This document shows positions 28,232 to 38,612 of a stretch of DNA of 64,000 nucleotides, piece by piece. A program made the translations under genes and the position numbers. The first letter of the stretch is position 1. Every line of letters begins with the position of its first letter. Source of the stretch: Candidatus Latescibacterota bacterium (GTDB taxonomy: Bacteria > Latescibacterota > UBA2968 > SICM01); NCBI GenBank assembly GCA_965217865.1, contig CBDCJO010000002.1:4992001-5056000 (forward strand). Reading direction: 5' to 3'. Under the pieces are notes generated by a model. That model did not search any database. It had not been told where the DNA came from and worked only from the letters and a program-made list of their open reading frames with translations.

Positions 28232-31200
28232 ATGTTCAGGAAGTCAAAAACCGCCCTTTCAATTCTCCTCTTCTGTGTCCTCATTCTCCCCACCCTCACA
28301 TCCGCGGACACGGCGTCCGAACTGGCTGATATCCAGACGGTCGCGGACTGGATCATCGGTCTGCAATACGTAGATACAAACCTCCCAAGCTACGGCGCGA
28401 TAAAGATCTCGAATAACATAGGGCTCTACAGCCCCCCGCCTCCCCCTCAGGATGCGTACTTCCGTGTAAACCCATACTTTTCGAATCTGGGGGTAGCCGG
28501 ACTGCTTCGATCGCCCGTTTCAGGCAAGCTGGAGGTGGCCGAACGATGGATCGACTGGTATCTGAGTCACCAGAACACCAGCGGGGCACCCCCTGGCGTG
28601 GCCTATGACCACTGGTATCTGTCGGATGGTACGGGAGAGACGACCTGTCCGCCGGGGATCGATTCCCTTCATTGCGACTATGCCGATGCGGACGACAGCT
28701 ATGCTGCAACACTTCTCGGTTTAGCCTGGATCTATTTCGAGGAGGGGGGGAGCTTGTCCTTTCTCAATGCCCCGGGCAACAAGGCGAAGTTCGAGACAAT
28801 CGCGGGGGCGGTCCTTGCGTTGAAGCAGTCGGACGGGCTGACGTGGAACCGGCCCACTTCCCCCAAAGCCAAATTTACCCTGGACAACTGCGAGGTCTAC
28901 TGGGGTCTCAAGGCCATGGGGAACCTGGAGTCTACGGTCTTCGGGGATGCGGTGGCAGCTCAGACCTACGACGATGCGGCTGAGGAGGTCCGAAACGCGA
29001 TCGAGAACGAGCTGTTCAATTCAGCGACACAGCTCTACCGGGTCGCAAAGTTCGAAAACGACGCCTACCAGGATGCTGTTCTCAACAATGCCTGGTACCC
29101 GGATACGGTCGCGCAGGTATGGCCTCTCCTGTTTGGTGTGATCGAAGCGGACTCTCCCAGGGCCCAGGCGCAGATGGCGGCCCTGAACGATACCTGGGAT
29201 GGGGACCCCCAAACAGACTGGACGGCCACCTTCGCGGATCCGAACGGTTTCCCGTTTACTTCAATCGGCTACGCCGCTCTGCTTGCGGGTGACGATTCCC
29301 GGGCGCAAGCCCATACGGCTCTCGTAAAGGCCCAGAAGTTCCCCAACTTTGATTCGTTTTTCTCCGTGGACGATGCTGGATGGCTCTTGAATACCCTCAC
29401 CCAGCCGTCCATCAGTCTTTCGTCGGATCCTGTGGCCATCGGGGACGTTGCGGTGGGGGCCTCCCGTACGGGATCGCTGACGGTCCAGAACACGGGTACG
29501 GACACTCTGAAGGTCACGCAGATTCAATCCTCCGATCCCGCGTTTACGTTCTCCCCGGCGGCGTTGACTCTGCTCGCAGGTCAGAGTGGGACCCTGACCG
29601 TGACGTTCACGTCCACGGCTGCGGAAGAGAAATCAGCTACCCTGTCCCTGCCGCACAATGGAACCGGGAGCCCGTCCACGATCACGATCACCGGAACGGG
29701 AATCGATTCGCCTCCGGGTGCGCCCGCGGGATTGACCGCAGTGGCGGGGAACAACCAGATGACTCTCAATTGGACCGGGAACGCGGAGAGCGATCTCTCC
29801 CACTATGTGGTTTATCGAAGCCAGACGAGCGACTTCACGCCGGCCGGTGTGGATTCGATCGGCCGGGTCGAATCCCCGGCGACGGCTTACACCAGTACCG
29901 GCTTGAGTGCAGGGACTTACTACTTCAAGATTTCGGCTGTGGACAATGCGGGGAACAAAAGCCTGGAATCCGCCCAGGCTTCCATAACCCTCGCTCCGGG
30001 CTACAGTCCGTCCCTCTCCACCGTGTCGTTCGGGGATGTCCAGGTCGGGACTTCCGGCACCCAAACCTTTACCGTCTCGAATACAGGGAGCTCGGACCTC
30101 ATCGTCGAGGAGATCACGATATCCGGGACCGATGCCTCTGAATTCACCGCGAGTCCGACGGGCTTCACGATCGACGCAGGCGGGTCCCCACAGAGTGTAA
30201 CCGTGACGTTCGCCCCGGCTTCGGAGGGATCGAAGGCTGCCGCCCTATCGATTGTTCACAACGCCACCGGGAGCCCGTCCGCCGTGTCGTTGACGGGAAA
30301 CGGGACCGCAGAACCGCCTCCTCCCGCCCCGCTGATCAGCCTGTCGGCTGTATCGCTTACGATGGACGATACACAAGTGGGTTCCAGCTCCGAGAGGACG
30401 TTCACGGTTGGAAACTCCGGGAGTGCGGACCTTTCGATCACGAGCATAGCCCTGAGCGGAGCGGACGGAACGCAGTTCACCGTATCGCCGACTACAGCGA
30501 CGATCTCGCCGGGGGGGCCTCCGCAAACGATTACCGTGACGTTTGCACCCACCTCAACAGGGGCCAGGACGGCCTCATTGACGATAAACCACGACGCTGC
30601 GGGCAGTCCCTCTTCGGTCGGGCTGATCGGGAACGGGACAACGATCCCCGTGCCGGTCCTCTCACTTGGGGTCCCCTTTATTGGATTCGAGGAAGTGGAG
30701 GTCGGCGCGTCAAGCCAGAAGGAGCTTACGATCCGGAACACCGGCACTGCGGACCTTTCGATCACTGATATAAATCTTACGGGAACGGATGCAGACCAGT
30801 TCGGGTTTCAGCCGGAGACACTCGTCATAGGATCCGGTACGGCACAATCCGTTCTGGTCGTCTTTGAGCCCACATCTTCGGGAGGAAAGTCAGCCGCTTT
30901 GTCATTCACACACAATGCGGAGGGGAGCCCTATATCCGTGCAGATAACGGGAACGGCTGTGGAGCCCGCTATCCCCGAGGCCATGCCCGACGTCGACGCA
31001 CCTTCCGTATTTTTCGTCGGCAGTGCAGCCGTTGGCCAACGGATATCCGCGGTGATGAAGGTGTTCAACAGGGGAGATGAAAGTCTGACCATCAACGACA
31101 TCGTCCTCACGGATCCTGAGTTTCAGTTCTCATCTCCTTCATTTCCATTCGTCATTCCGGTTGAGGGATCGGAGGATCTGAGGATCACCTTCATCCCGAC

Positions 31201-32425
31201 GTCTCTCGGAGTCGAGGAGGCTATGCTGACGATCCGATCGGACGACCCTGATGAAGAAAACCTGGAGGTCACCCTTACCGGAACCGGGGCGGGGATCGCC
31301 GTGGAGATTTCGATCGAGGACATCGATTTCGGCCAGGTTGCCGTCGGTCTGTCCTCGACGGAGACTTTTATTCTGACCAACACGGGAACCACGAACTTTG
31401 TCGTCAACGATGTTTCCATCACCGGAGGAATCGGTCAGTTCGAGGTCAGTTCCTCGAAAGCATTCACGGTGAACGCCGCGGGCGGAACTCAAACCGTCGA
31501 ATTAACCTACAGCCCGGTCGAGTCCGGGCTGACAGGGGCAACCCTCGGCGTGGTGTTCCAGGACACGACCTTCGACGTCGGGCTTTCCGGAACGGGAATT
31601 GGGCCGTCTATCCGTGTCGTACCGGCGACTCCCGACAGCCTCGTGTTCGGGTCGGTGATTGTGGGGGAAACGCGAACGCTGGATGTCGTTATTATCAACG
31701 ATGGGAATGTTTTATTGCATGTAGTAGGGATTTCGGCATCGGACCCGGCATACACCGTGTCCGCGGACATCCTGTCCCTGGATCCCGGGGAGATCGACAC
31801 GATCGAGGTGACTTTCAGTCCGGAGGAAGTGGGATTTGTCTCTCCTGCGCACGTGACGATCTCAAGCAACGTTTTCGCCCGGCCCACGATCAACGTAATA
31901 ACATCTGGAAGAGGCGTAGTTGAAGAACCTAAAATTTCCGTCCAGATCGATACCGTCAATTTTGAACAGGTTAGTATCGGAGAGGAAAGATCCCTTGGCC
32001 TCCCGATCGGGAACGTGGGGACTGGGCCGCTCAACATCCTGGATATCACGTCGGGCAGCCCACAGGTTACGGTTTCGCAGACGAGTCTGATCATCTCTCC
32101 CGGGGAGTCCCGATCCGTTACGGTTACTTACCGTCCGCAGACGAATCAGGCGCGATCGGGGAGCATCCGGATTACATCGAACGACTCCACGGTCATCGTT
32201 CCCTGGATCGCAAAGGAACCTCTTGTAAAGATTGCTGATTTGACCGGGGACTTCGATGTGGATGGGGATGTGGATTTCGATGATTTCTTCCTTTTTGCCG
32301 GGGTTTTCGGATCGCAAAGAGAAGATCCGGGTTTTGATTCCAGGTATGACCTGGACGACAGCGGGGGTGTCGGGTTTGACGACTTTTTCATTTTCGCCGC
32401 TAATTTTGGGAGGGAGGAAAGTTAA
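28232..32425 (+). CDS. Large secreted protein: glycosidase-like helical domain, FN3, multiple Ig-like (choice-of-anchor D/Hydin-like) domains, C-terminal EF-hand/dockerin-like motif
   Basis: Signal peptide; repeated FG.V.VG...N.G..L.I...V.F.P...LTG.G units; YFKISAVD.AGN.S FN3; GDFDVDGDVDFDDFF / DLDDSGGVGFDDFF. Confidence 0.85.
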   Translation: MFRKSKTALSILLFCVLILPTLTSADTASELADIQTVADWIIGLQYVDTNLPSYGAIKISNNIGLYSPPPPPQDAYFRVNPYFSNLGVAGLLRSPVSGKLEVAERWIDWYLSHQNTSGAPPGVAYDHWYLSDGTGETTCPPGIDSLHCDYADADDSYAATLLGLAWIYFEEGGSLSFLNAPGNKAKFETIAGAVLALKQSDGLTWNRPTSPKAKFTLDNCEVYWGLKAMGNLESTVFGDAVAAQTYDDAAEEVRNAIENELFNSATQLYRVAKFENDAYQDAVLNNAWYPDTVAQVWPLLFGVIEADSPRAQAQMAALNDTWDGDPQTDWTATFADPNGFPFTSIGYAALLAGDDSRAQAHTALVKAQKFPNFDSFFSVDDAGWLLNTLTQPSISLSSDPVAIGDVAVGASRTGSLTVQNTGTDTLKVTQIQSSDPAFTFSPAALTLLAGQSGTLTVTFTSTAAEEKSATLSLPHNGTGSPSTITITGTGIDSPPGAPAGLTAVAGNNQMTLNWTGNAESDLSHYVVYRSQTSDFTPAGVDSIGRVESPATAYTSTGLSAGTYYFKISAVDNAGNKSLESAQASITLAPGYSPSLSTVSFGDVQVGTSGTQTFTVSNTGSSDLIVEEITISGTDASEFTASPTGFTIDAGGSPQSVTVTFAPASEGSKAAALSIVHNATGSPSAVSLTGNGTAEPPPPAPLISLSAVSLTMDDTQVGSSSERTFTVGNSGSADLSITSIALSGADGTQFTVSPTTATISPGGPPQTITVTFAPTSTGARTASLTINHDAAGSPSSVGLIGNGTTIPVPVLSLGVPFIGFEEVEVGASSQKELTIRNTGTADLSITDINLTGTDADQFGFQPETLVIGSGTAQSVLVVFEPTSSGGKSAALSFTHNAEGSPISVQITGTAVEPAIPEAMPDVDAPSVFFVGSAAVGQRISAVMKVFNRGDESLTINDIVLTDPEFQFSSPSFPFVIPVEGSEDLRITFIPTSLGVEEAMLTIRSDDPDEENLEVTLTGTGAGIAVEISIEDIDFGQVAVGLSSTETFILTNTGTTNFVVNDVSITGGIGQFEVSSSKAFTVNAAGGTQTVELTYSPVESGLTGATLGVVFQDTTFDVGLSGTGIGPSIRVVPATPDSLVFGSVIVGETRTLDVVIINDGNVLLHVVGISASDPAYTVSADILSLDPGEIDTIEVTFSPEEVGFVSPAHVTISSNVFARPTINVITSGRGVVEEPKISVQIDTVNFEQVSIGEERSLGLPIGNVGTGPLNILDITSGSPQVTVSQTSLIISPGESRSVTVTYRPQTNQARSGSIRITSNDSTVIVPWIAKEPLVKIADLTGDFDVDGDVDFDDFFLFAGVFGSQREDPGFDSRYDLDDSGGVGFDDFFIFAANFGREES

Positions 32426-32566
32426 AAGCAGGCGGTTTAATTTCATGGCATACCGGCCATAATGACTGAGACCTTTTTCGCTTGACGGCCCCTCCACGAT
32501 TCTCTAACATGAGGCGGAATTCGGAATCAGAAAAACGGGAGTACCATAGACAGAGGGAAAATAAGG

Positions 32567-34093
32567 GTGGCACGCACGGACCAAGACAAAACGAAACACG
32601 GACCGGCTCCGGGCTCGATACGTCGAAAGACTCCCGACAGGCGAACCGAGGATTCCTTCACTATTGGGGGGTTCCAAGATCTCCTTCGTCCGGCGGAAGA
32701 CCTGAGCTGGCTGAAGGAGATGATCGACAGCCAGCGCAATGCCCCGAAATCGAACGAACGGGGACTTCGGTGGGTGGTCTACGAGGATCAGGAAAAGGGA
32801 GAACGGAGGTTCATGCGCGACCGCCGCCGGCTGGAAGATCGGAGAAGGCGGGGTTCTGCGATGTCGGCGCTGCTGAACGCCGGGATGTTGATCAACTCCT
32901 CTCTTGAGTTCGACCAGGTGATCGCATCGGCCATCGAGGCCTTGTCTCCCGTCACGAGTGCAGAAGCGGGTTCGTTGATTCTCATCGACAAAGAGACCGA
33001 CGAACTCGTCATCGCCGAGGCGACCGGGCAGAAATCCGAAAGGGTTCGGGGTCTTCGTTTCAGAAAAGGACACGGGATTGCCGGTTGGGTCGCGGAAAAC
33101 GACCAGCCGCTAATCGTGCACGACGTACGAAGTGACCCCCGGTGGTTCGAGGGGATCGACCTCACTTCCGACTTCGAGACCTTTTCGATCATCTGCGTTC
33201 CGCTTCGAGCCCGTGAACGCCTCCTGGGCGTGGTGGAACTTTTGAATAAAAAGGGGGGCCAGAGGTTTGACGAATGGGACCTGAACATCCTTCAGGTTTT
33301 CGCGAACCAGGTGGGCATTGCGATCGATAACGCCCGACTCCATCAGGAAGCCCTTGAACAGAGACGCATCGAGACGGAGCTTTCTATGGCCAAACGTATC
33401 CAGGAAGGGCTTCTTCCCGAAACCCTGCCACAGCCAGAGGGGTTCCAGATGTCAGGGATGAGCGTGGCCTGCGAAGAGGTCGCCGGGGATTACTTCGACG
33501 CCATACCCCTGAAGGACGGGTGCATCGGCCTTGCGATCGCAGACGTGTCGGGAAAGGGGGTCCCGGCCGCGCTTTTGATGTCATCCCTCCGGACGGCCCT
33601 CCACGCCGAAGCACAAAGCGGCAATTCCCTTCCCGAGGTCCTTAACAAGGTCAGTGGGCTTCTTTACCGGGAGGGTTCGGGTATGTTTGCAACCTGCGTC
33701 TATTCGGTATTCGATCCCAAATCTTGCAAGCTGCGGATCGCTAATGCCGGACATAATTTCCCGCTCTTATTCCGGTCGGATGGCTCCTGCGAAAAACTGC
33801 CGAGTACAAGTTTTCCCCTGGGCCTTCTGCCCGAGGGGGTGAAATCGGTGAAGGACCAGGAGACGCCCCTGCATCCCGGGGATGTCCTGGTTTTTTTCAC
33901 CGATGGGGTCCTGGAGGCGTCGCGCGAGGACATGGAGCAGTTCGGGGAAGAACGCTTGGAGGAGCTGATCTCCAACAGCAGGGAACTCTCGGCCGACGAC
34001 CTCCGGAATCGGATTTACGAAGAGGTTCTGGACTTCATTGGAGATGCTCACCGGTCGGACGACATCACGTTGATGGTCCTGAAAGCGCTTTGA
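32567..34093 (+). CDS. GAF + PP2C (SpoIIE/RsbU-like) phosphatase
   Basis: GIAGWVA GAF with LLNKK; VAGDYFD, IADVSGKG, NAGH, FTDG, DDIT. Confidence 0.93.
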   Translation: MARTDQDKTKHGPAPGSIRRKTPDRRTEDSFTIGGFQDLLRPAEDLSWLKEMIDSQRNAPKSNERGLRWVVYEDQEKGERRFMRDRRRLEDRRRRGSAMSALLNAGMLINSSLEFDQVIASAIEALSPVTSAEAGSLILIDKETDELVIAEATGQKSERVRGLRFRKGHGIAGWVAENDQPLIVHDVRSDPRWFEGIDLTSDFETFSIICVPLRARERLLGVVELLNKKGGQRFDEWDLNILQVFANQVGIAIDNARLHQEALEQRRIETELSMAKRIQEGLLPETLPQPEGFQMSGMSVACEEVAGDYFDAIPLKDGCIGLAIADVSGKGVPAALLMSSLRTALHAEAQSGNSLPEVLNKVSGLLYREGSGMFATCVYSVFDPKSCKLRIANAGHNFPLLFRSDGSCEKLPSTSFPLGLLPEGVKSVKDQETPLHPGDVLVFFTDGVLEASREDMEQFGEERLEELISNSRELSADDLRNRIYEEVLDFIGDAHRSDDITLMVLKAL

Positions 34094-34117
34094 GCCGGCG
34101 TATCACGGAATGCATAC

Positions 34118-34154
34118 AAAAAGGCCGACTGTCGCGTGTAACAGTCGGCCTTTT
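34118..34154. terminator. Bidirectional intrinsic terminator
   Basis: AAAAAGGCCGACTGT-loop-ACAGTCGGCCTTTT. Confidence 0.85.
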
Positions 34155-34156
34155 AT

Positions 34157-34345
34157 GCCCTTGCCGGTAGGCAGCTGACCACAAAGTCCCCCCTCGATAG
34201 CCAGGGGGGTGGTGTGGCATCCCTGCTCTGCCCAAGACTTCCTTGTAGTGTTCCGTACATGGGGGCTGGTCGGAGAGACTTCCTCCCAGCGCCGCAGGGC
34301 AACAGGTTTGGCTATCGGGTCCAGGTTGGGTCCGGTGACCCGTTT
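34157..34345 (-). ncRNA. Structured non-coding RNA candidate, family not identified
   Basis: Nested stems CGATAGCCA/TGGCTATCG, CCCTGC/GCAGGG, GCTGG/CCAGC, TGTA/TACA; AGGAAGTCT twice; strand inferred from the adjacent terminator. Confidence 0.5.
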
Positions 34346-34497
34346 TACTTCATCGGCAAATTTGAATGAGGCTTTAGTGTTTCTTTTCTAAGGGTTTGGA
34401 CTCTAGGAGCTGCTTTGCTTGCCCCATCAAGCGTCCCTAGAGTCGATTCCGTCCGTAAGGATGAAGCTGAAAGACAGGCCGCGATTCCTTTAAGTAA

Positions 34498-35205
34498 ATG
34501 AATTACAATAACATGAGTGTGTTCGGGAAAATTAGGCGATGGTTTGAAAATGACCGATTCTTCGTCACAAGAAGGGTTCGAAGGCTTCGGATCCGATTCA
34601 AAATCGGTCTTTCAGCAACGATTTTTCTTGTAGGATGGTCCCTTGCTCCAATCTGGCTTCCGTTGGTCGCAGATCCGCTTGTTGCGGACTATGCCGGAAT
34701 GGTGACCGAAGCTGTGGTCGTAGAAGGATGGTTTGCTCTAGATATCAGGAAGGCCGAAGAGACTTCGCGTATCTACAACGGTCAACGGGTCTATGTCGTC
34801 GTGAATGAAAACGACGAGGATATCTACGGATTCGGACTGGATCGGCTCGGACAGTCCAAAACCAACCTTTTTCGTGCAGGGATCGATACGTCGAAGGCCT
34901 TCATGGTCCTGATTCCCGAAAGATCCAAGTCACCAGGTTACACCGCATTTAATGCGGACCGGGTGAGGGAGCGGCTTCTTCAGGATGGGATCCGGAGCTT
35001 CACCCTTGTCACAGATTCATTCCACAGCCAAAGATCAAGCCTGATTTACAATCGGGTCTTTAAGGGAACCGGGATCGTCCTGGACTGTTATCCCTCCCCC
35101 CAGGAATTCGATCGCACCAATTGGTGGCGTTATTCATCGGGAATTCAGTACCTGGTCAGGGAGTATTTAAAGTTGTGTTACTACCTGTTTCGAGGTTTTA
35201 ACTAA
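34498..35205 (+). CDS. YdcF/DUF218-family membrane-anchored protein
   Basis: N-terminal TM; T..NA, LVTDSFHSQRS, REYLKL..Y. Confidence 0.8.
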   Translation: MNYNNMSVFGKIRRWFENDRFFVTRRVRRLRIRFKIGLSATIFLVGWSLAPIWLPLVADPLVADYAGMVTEAVVVEGWFALDIRKAEETSRIYNGQRVYVVVNENDEDIYGFGLDRLGQSKTNLFRAGIDTSKAFMVLIPERSKSPGYTAFNADRVRERLLQDGIRSFTLVTDSFHSQRSSLIYNRVFKGTGIVLDCYPSPQEFDRTNWWRYSSGIQYLVREYLKLCYYLFRGFN

Positions 35206-35236
35206 AGGGGTTGGGTACCTCCGGATTTCAGCCGGG

Positions 35237-36655
35237 ATGGGTCCGGGAACTGTGGACCGATATATGGCATCTCAGGACCTTCATTTCCTGACCATCGCAG
35301 AGCTAGTGCCTTTGTTTCGGCGGGGAGAGGTTTCTCCCGTGGAGCTGACCGAGGCGGTCCTTGAACGAATCGATCGCCTGGACGGAGAACTGCGGTCCTA
35401 TATCACCGTGACCGAAGACCGGGCTCGCGTGGACGCAAAGAGCGCTGAGATCGCCCTCAGGGAGGGGAACGACCTCGGACCGCTTCACGGCATCCCCGTG
35501 GCATTGAAGGACCTTTGTGATACGGCTGGAATTCGGACGACTTCGGGGTCGAAGATCAGGGAGAACTTCGTCCCGACCACATCATCCGCTGTGGCCACGA
35601 AGCTCGCCCGGGCAGGGGCCGTGCTCCTGGGGAAGACGAATTTGGTCGAGTTCGCTTTCGGCCCTTATGGTCTGAACCCGCATTACGGCACACCGGCCAA
35701 CCCGTGGGATTTGGAGCGGGCTCCCGGGGGTTCGAGCAGCGGGTCGGGTGTCTCGGTCTCCACGGGCCTGGCCACTGCGGCCATTGGGACCGATACCGGG
35801 GGATCGGTACGGATTCCGTCGGCATTTTGCGGGATCGTCGGCTTGAAACCGACGGTTGGACGGGTGAGTACCGCCGGGATTACCCCCCTGAGCCGGACCC
35901 TGGACAGTGTCGGGCCGATGACAAGGTGCGTGGAAGACGCGGCCCTGGTCTACACGACGATCGCAGGACTGGATGGGGAGGAACCGGCACCTCAGTCCAG
36001 GGAGGGTGCGGAGGTCTTGAGGTCGTTGAAACGGGACGTGAAGGGGATGCGGACGGGCGTGGTACGGTCCCCCTTTTTTCAAAACGCTGAGGCCGATGTC
36101 GTGGCTTTGGTGGACCGCGCCGTTAAAGTCCTTGACGGCCTCGGCGTCCGAGTCGATGAGTTGGATTGGCCGGAGGCGGAATCGGTCGTGGAACAAGGGG
36201 AGGGTCTCCTGATCATGAAGGCGGAGGGTTTTGCGTTTCACCGTGAGAGCCTTGCCGGACAGCCTCAGGCCTTCGATCCGCGGGTCCGGGTCCGTCTTGA
36301 AGAAGGCGCAAAGATCCCCGCCCCGGACTATGTGCTGGCCCTGGAGCGACAGGCCAAGTTGAAAAGGTCTACTCAGCGTAGGCTCGAAGACTTGGACGCT
36401 GTTGTGGGGCCGACAGTGATCACACAAGCCCCGAGGGTCGGTGAAATTAGGGATGGACAACCGCCCAAGTTGACAACCCGGGTGGTGAACGTCCTGGGAC
36501 TCTGTTCGATTTCCGTTCCTTGCGGACTCACTCCGGAGGGGATGCCGGTGGGGCTCCAAATTATCGGAAAATCCTTCGACGAAAGTAAGATCCTCCGCCT
36601 GGCCTATGCCTATGAGCAGTCAACAGATTGGCACGTGCGTCATCCAATGCTATAA
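35237..36655 (+). CDS. Amidase signature family protein
   Basis: GPLHGIPVALKD, PGGSSSGS, GTDTGGSVRIP; start may be 35264. Confidence 0.92.
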   Translation: MGPGTVDRYMASQDLHFLTIAELVPLFRRGEVSPVELTEAVLERIDRLDGELRSYITVTEDRARVDAKSAEIALREGNDLGPLHGIPVALKDLCDTAGIRTTSGSKIRENFVPTTSSAVATKLARAGAVLLGKTNLVEFAFGPYGLNPHYGTPANPWDLERAPGGSSSGSGVSVSTGLATAAIGTDTGGSVRIPSAFCGIVGLKPTVGRVSTAGITPLSRTLDSVGPMTRCVEDAALVYTTIAGLDGEEPAPQSREGAEVLRSLKRDVKGMRTGVVRSPFFQNAEADVVALVDRAVKVLDGLGVRVDELDWPEAESVVEQGEGLLIMKAEGFAFHRESLAGQPQAFDPRVRVRLEEGAKIPAPDYVLALERQAKLKRSTQRRLEDLDAVVGPTVITQAPRVGEIRDGQPPKLTTRVVNVLGLCSISVPCGLTPEGMPVGLQIIGKSFDESKILRLAYAYEQSTDWHVRHPML

Positions 36656-36690
36656 TAATGAGGCATACAATCTGAACGATTGAGACTCGA

Positions 36691-37389
36691 ATGCTTTCTT
36701 TCATTTTCAAAGGAAGCCGGGATCGGGAGCAAACGGGAGGTGACGATCCACGTTTCCTAAAACAGCGTCAAATGATGGCTGAATCCCAGATATCCAGCCG
36801 CGGGATTTCGGATTCACGGGTGCTCAATGCCATGCGATCGGTCCCTCGCCACCTTTTCGTGCCGGAACATCTTCGCGATCAGGCTTATGACGACGGGGCC
36901 CTGCCGATTGGAGAAGGACAGACCATTTCCCAGCCGTATATCGTCGCGATTATGACTTCCCTCCTGGCCTTGAGAGGGCATGAGCGGGTTCTGGAAGTCG
37001 GAAGCGGATCGGGTTATCAGACGGCTATCCTTTCAATATTGGCCGGACAGGTTTACTCGATCGAGATTTTGGAAGAACTCTACCTCCGAGGAAAAAGATT
37101 ATTGGCTTCTCTGGGACACGAAAATGTCACGTTACGGAACGGGGATGGCTACTGGGGATGGGTTGAATACGCCCCCTTTGACGGCATCATCATCACAGCG
37201 GCTCCCGTCCAGGTGCCATATATCCTGCTGGATCAGTTGAAAGTAGGAGGCCGTCTTGTGGTTCCAGTTGGGGAAGCGGATCAGGAGCTTATGAAAGTCG
37301 TGAAGAAAGAGGACGGCGTTCATGAGGAAAAAGTGCTTCCCGTAAGATTCGTGCCGATGACAGGGGAAGTGAGGAAACGAGAGGGCTGA
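36691..37389 (+). CDS. pcm: Protein-L-isoaspartate O-methyltransferase
   Basis: VPRHLFVP, GQTISQPY, VLEVGSGSGYQ, APFDGIIITAA, VRFVPM. Confidence 0.95.
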   Translation: MLSFIFKGSRDREQTGGDDPRFLKQRQMMAESQISSRGISDSRVLNAMRSVPRHLFVPEHLRDQAYDDGALPIGEGQTISQPYIVAIMTSLLALRGHERVLEVGSGSGYQTAILSILAGQVYSIEILEELYLRGKRLLASLGHENVTLRNGDGYWGWVEYAPFDGIIITAAPVQVPYILLDQLKVGGRLVVPVGEADQELMKVVKKEDGVHEEKVLPVRFVPMTGEVRKREG

Positions 37390-37495
37390 TGCCCGACTGC
37401 CCAGCCACTCCAGGGAATACAGAAGACAGAATACAGAAGAAGATCGAAATCAAGTGCTTTACTTCTAAATCCTCTATTCTTCGCGTGCCCTTCTT

Positions 37496-38566
37496 ATGCG
37501 CATTCTGAGTCGCTACATCATCCGGCGCTACGTTGTCAACCTGAGCATGGCCTTGACAGCCCTTGTCGCTATCTTCCTGGTGGTGGACTTGACCGACCGA
37601 TTGAGCGAATTTCTGGACCGCGACTTTGATACCCGAACCATTTTCGGTTTCTATCTATTTTATATTCCCTATATCATCATCCTCACACTCCCGATGGCCT
37701 CCCTCCTGTCCTGTCTGTTCGCGGTTGGAGATCTTTCCCGGCACCGGGAGTTAACTGCCATGAAGGCCGCGGGTGTTAGTTTGGGTCGCATCCTGGCACC
37801 TCTGTTCGGCGCGGCTTTCGTCCTGACCCTGATTGCCCTATTATTCAGCGACCTGGTTGTCCCCGGTGCCAACAGGCGCAGAGCGGAGATTGATCGCGGC
37901 GGTGCCCTGGAGATCCCTTTTTTCACCGTGAGGGAGAATCTTGTGTTGCTGGATGTGGACGGGCAAACCCTTTCGATCGGCCGGTATGAGGTGGGGACAA
38001 AGATCGGTCATGTTGTTATCCTGGATCGGTTCGAAGGCGAACGGCTTCAGAGCAGGATCACCGCCCGAACGATGCGCTGGGACGGCTACAGGTGGGAGTG
38101 GCAGGATGGAATCGACCGGGAGTTTGTGGGGGAGAGGGAAATGACCAGGCCGTTCGTGTCAAAGTTCCCCGAAGGGCTTACCCTACGCCCTGAAGACATC
38201 GAAAGGCCAAATCGCAAACCGGAGGAGATGAGCTACTCCGAACTCAGCAGACACATCGATCGAAGGGTCCTCAAAGGCATACAGGTCCGCAAGGAACGGG
38301 TCGAACTGAATCTCAAGCTGGCCTTTCCTTTTGCCCCCCTGGTCATGGTCCTGTTCGGTGCCCCGCTCATCTCTTCCCAATCCCATTCCGGCCGATGGGC
38401 GATCTTTGGAATCTGTCTGCTCCTCTCTTTCATCTATTATGGGGGAATTCGTGGGTGCCAGGCCATCGGTTGGAACGGTCTCCTTTCACCGGCCTTGTCG
38501 GCCTGGCTACCAAATGGGGTGTTCATCGGTGCCGGAGCCTTCCTTTTCAAAAGAGCGCATAAGTGA
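37496..38566 (+). CDS. LPS export permease LptF/LptG family
   Basis: ILSRYI, LPMA.L, ELTAMKAAGVS, AWLPN. Confidence 0.9.
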   Translation: MRILSRYIIRRYVVNLSMALTALVAIFLVVDLTDRLSEFLDRDFDTRTIFGFYLFYIPYIIILTLPMASLLSCLFAVGDLSRHRELTAMKAAGVSLGRILAPLFGAAFVLTLIALLFSDLVVPGANRRRAEIDRGGALEIPFFTVRENLVLLDVDGQTLSIGRYEVGTKIGHVVILDRFEGERLQSRITARTMRWDGYRWEWQDGIDREFVGEREMTRPFVSKFPEGLTLRPEDIERPNRKPEEMSYSELSRHIDRRVLKGIQVRKERVELNLKLAFPFAPLVMVLFGAPLISSQSHSGRWAIFGICLLLSFIYYGGIRGCQAIGWNGLLSPALSAWLPNGVFIGAGAFLFKRAHK

Positions 38567-38612
38567 CGAGGAAATCCGTTCTACGGGGAGGATCCTGCGA
38601 GGGGAAAAGGAG

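Noticed and set aside
35237-36655. gatA assignment
   Set aside because: Generic amidase signature only; no gatB or gatC neighbours
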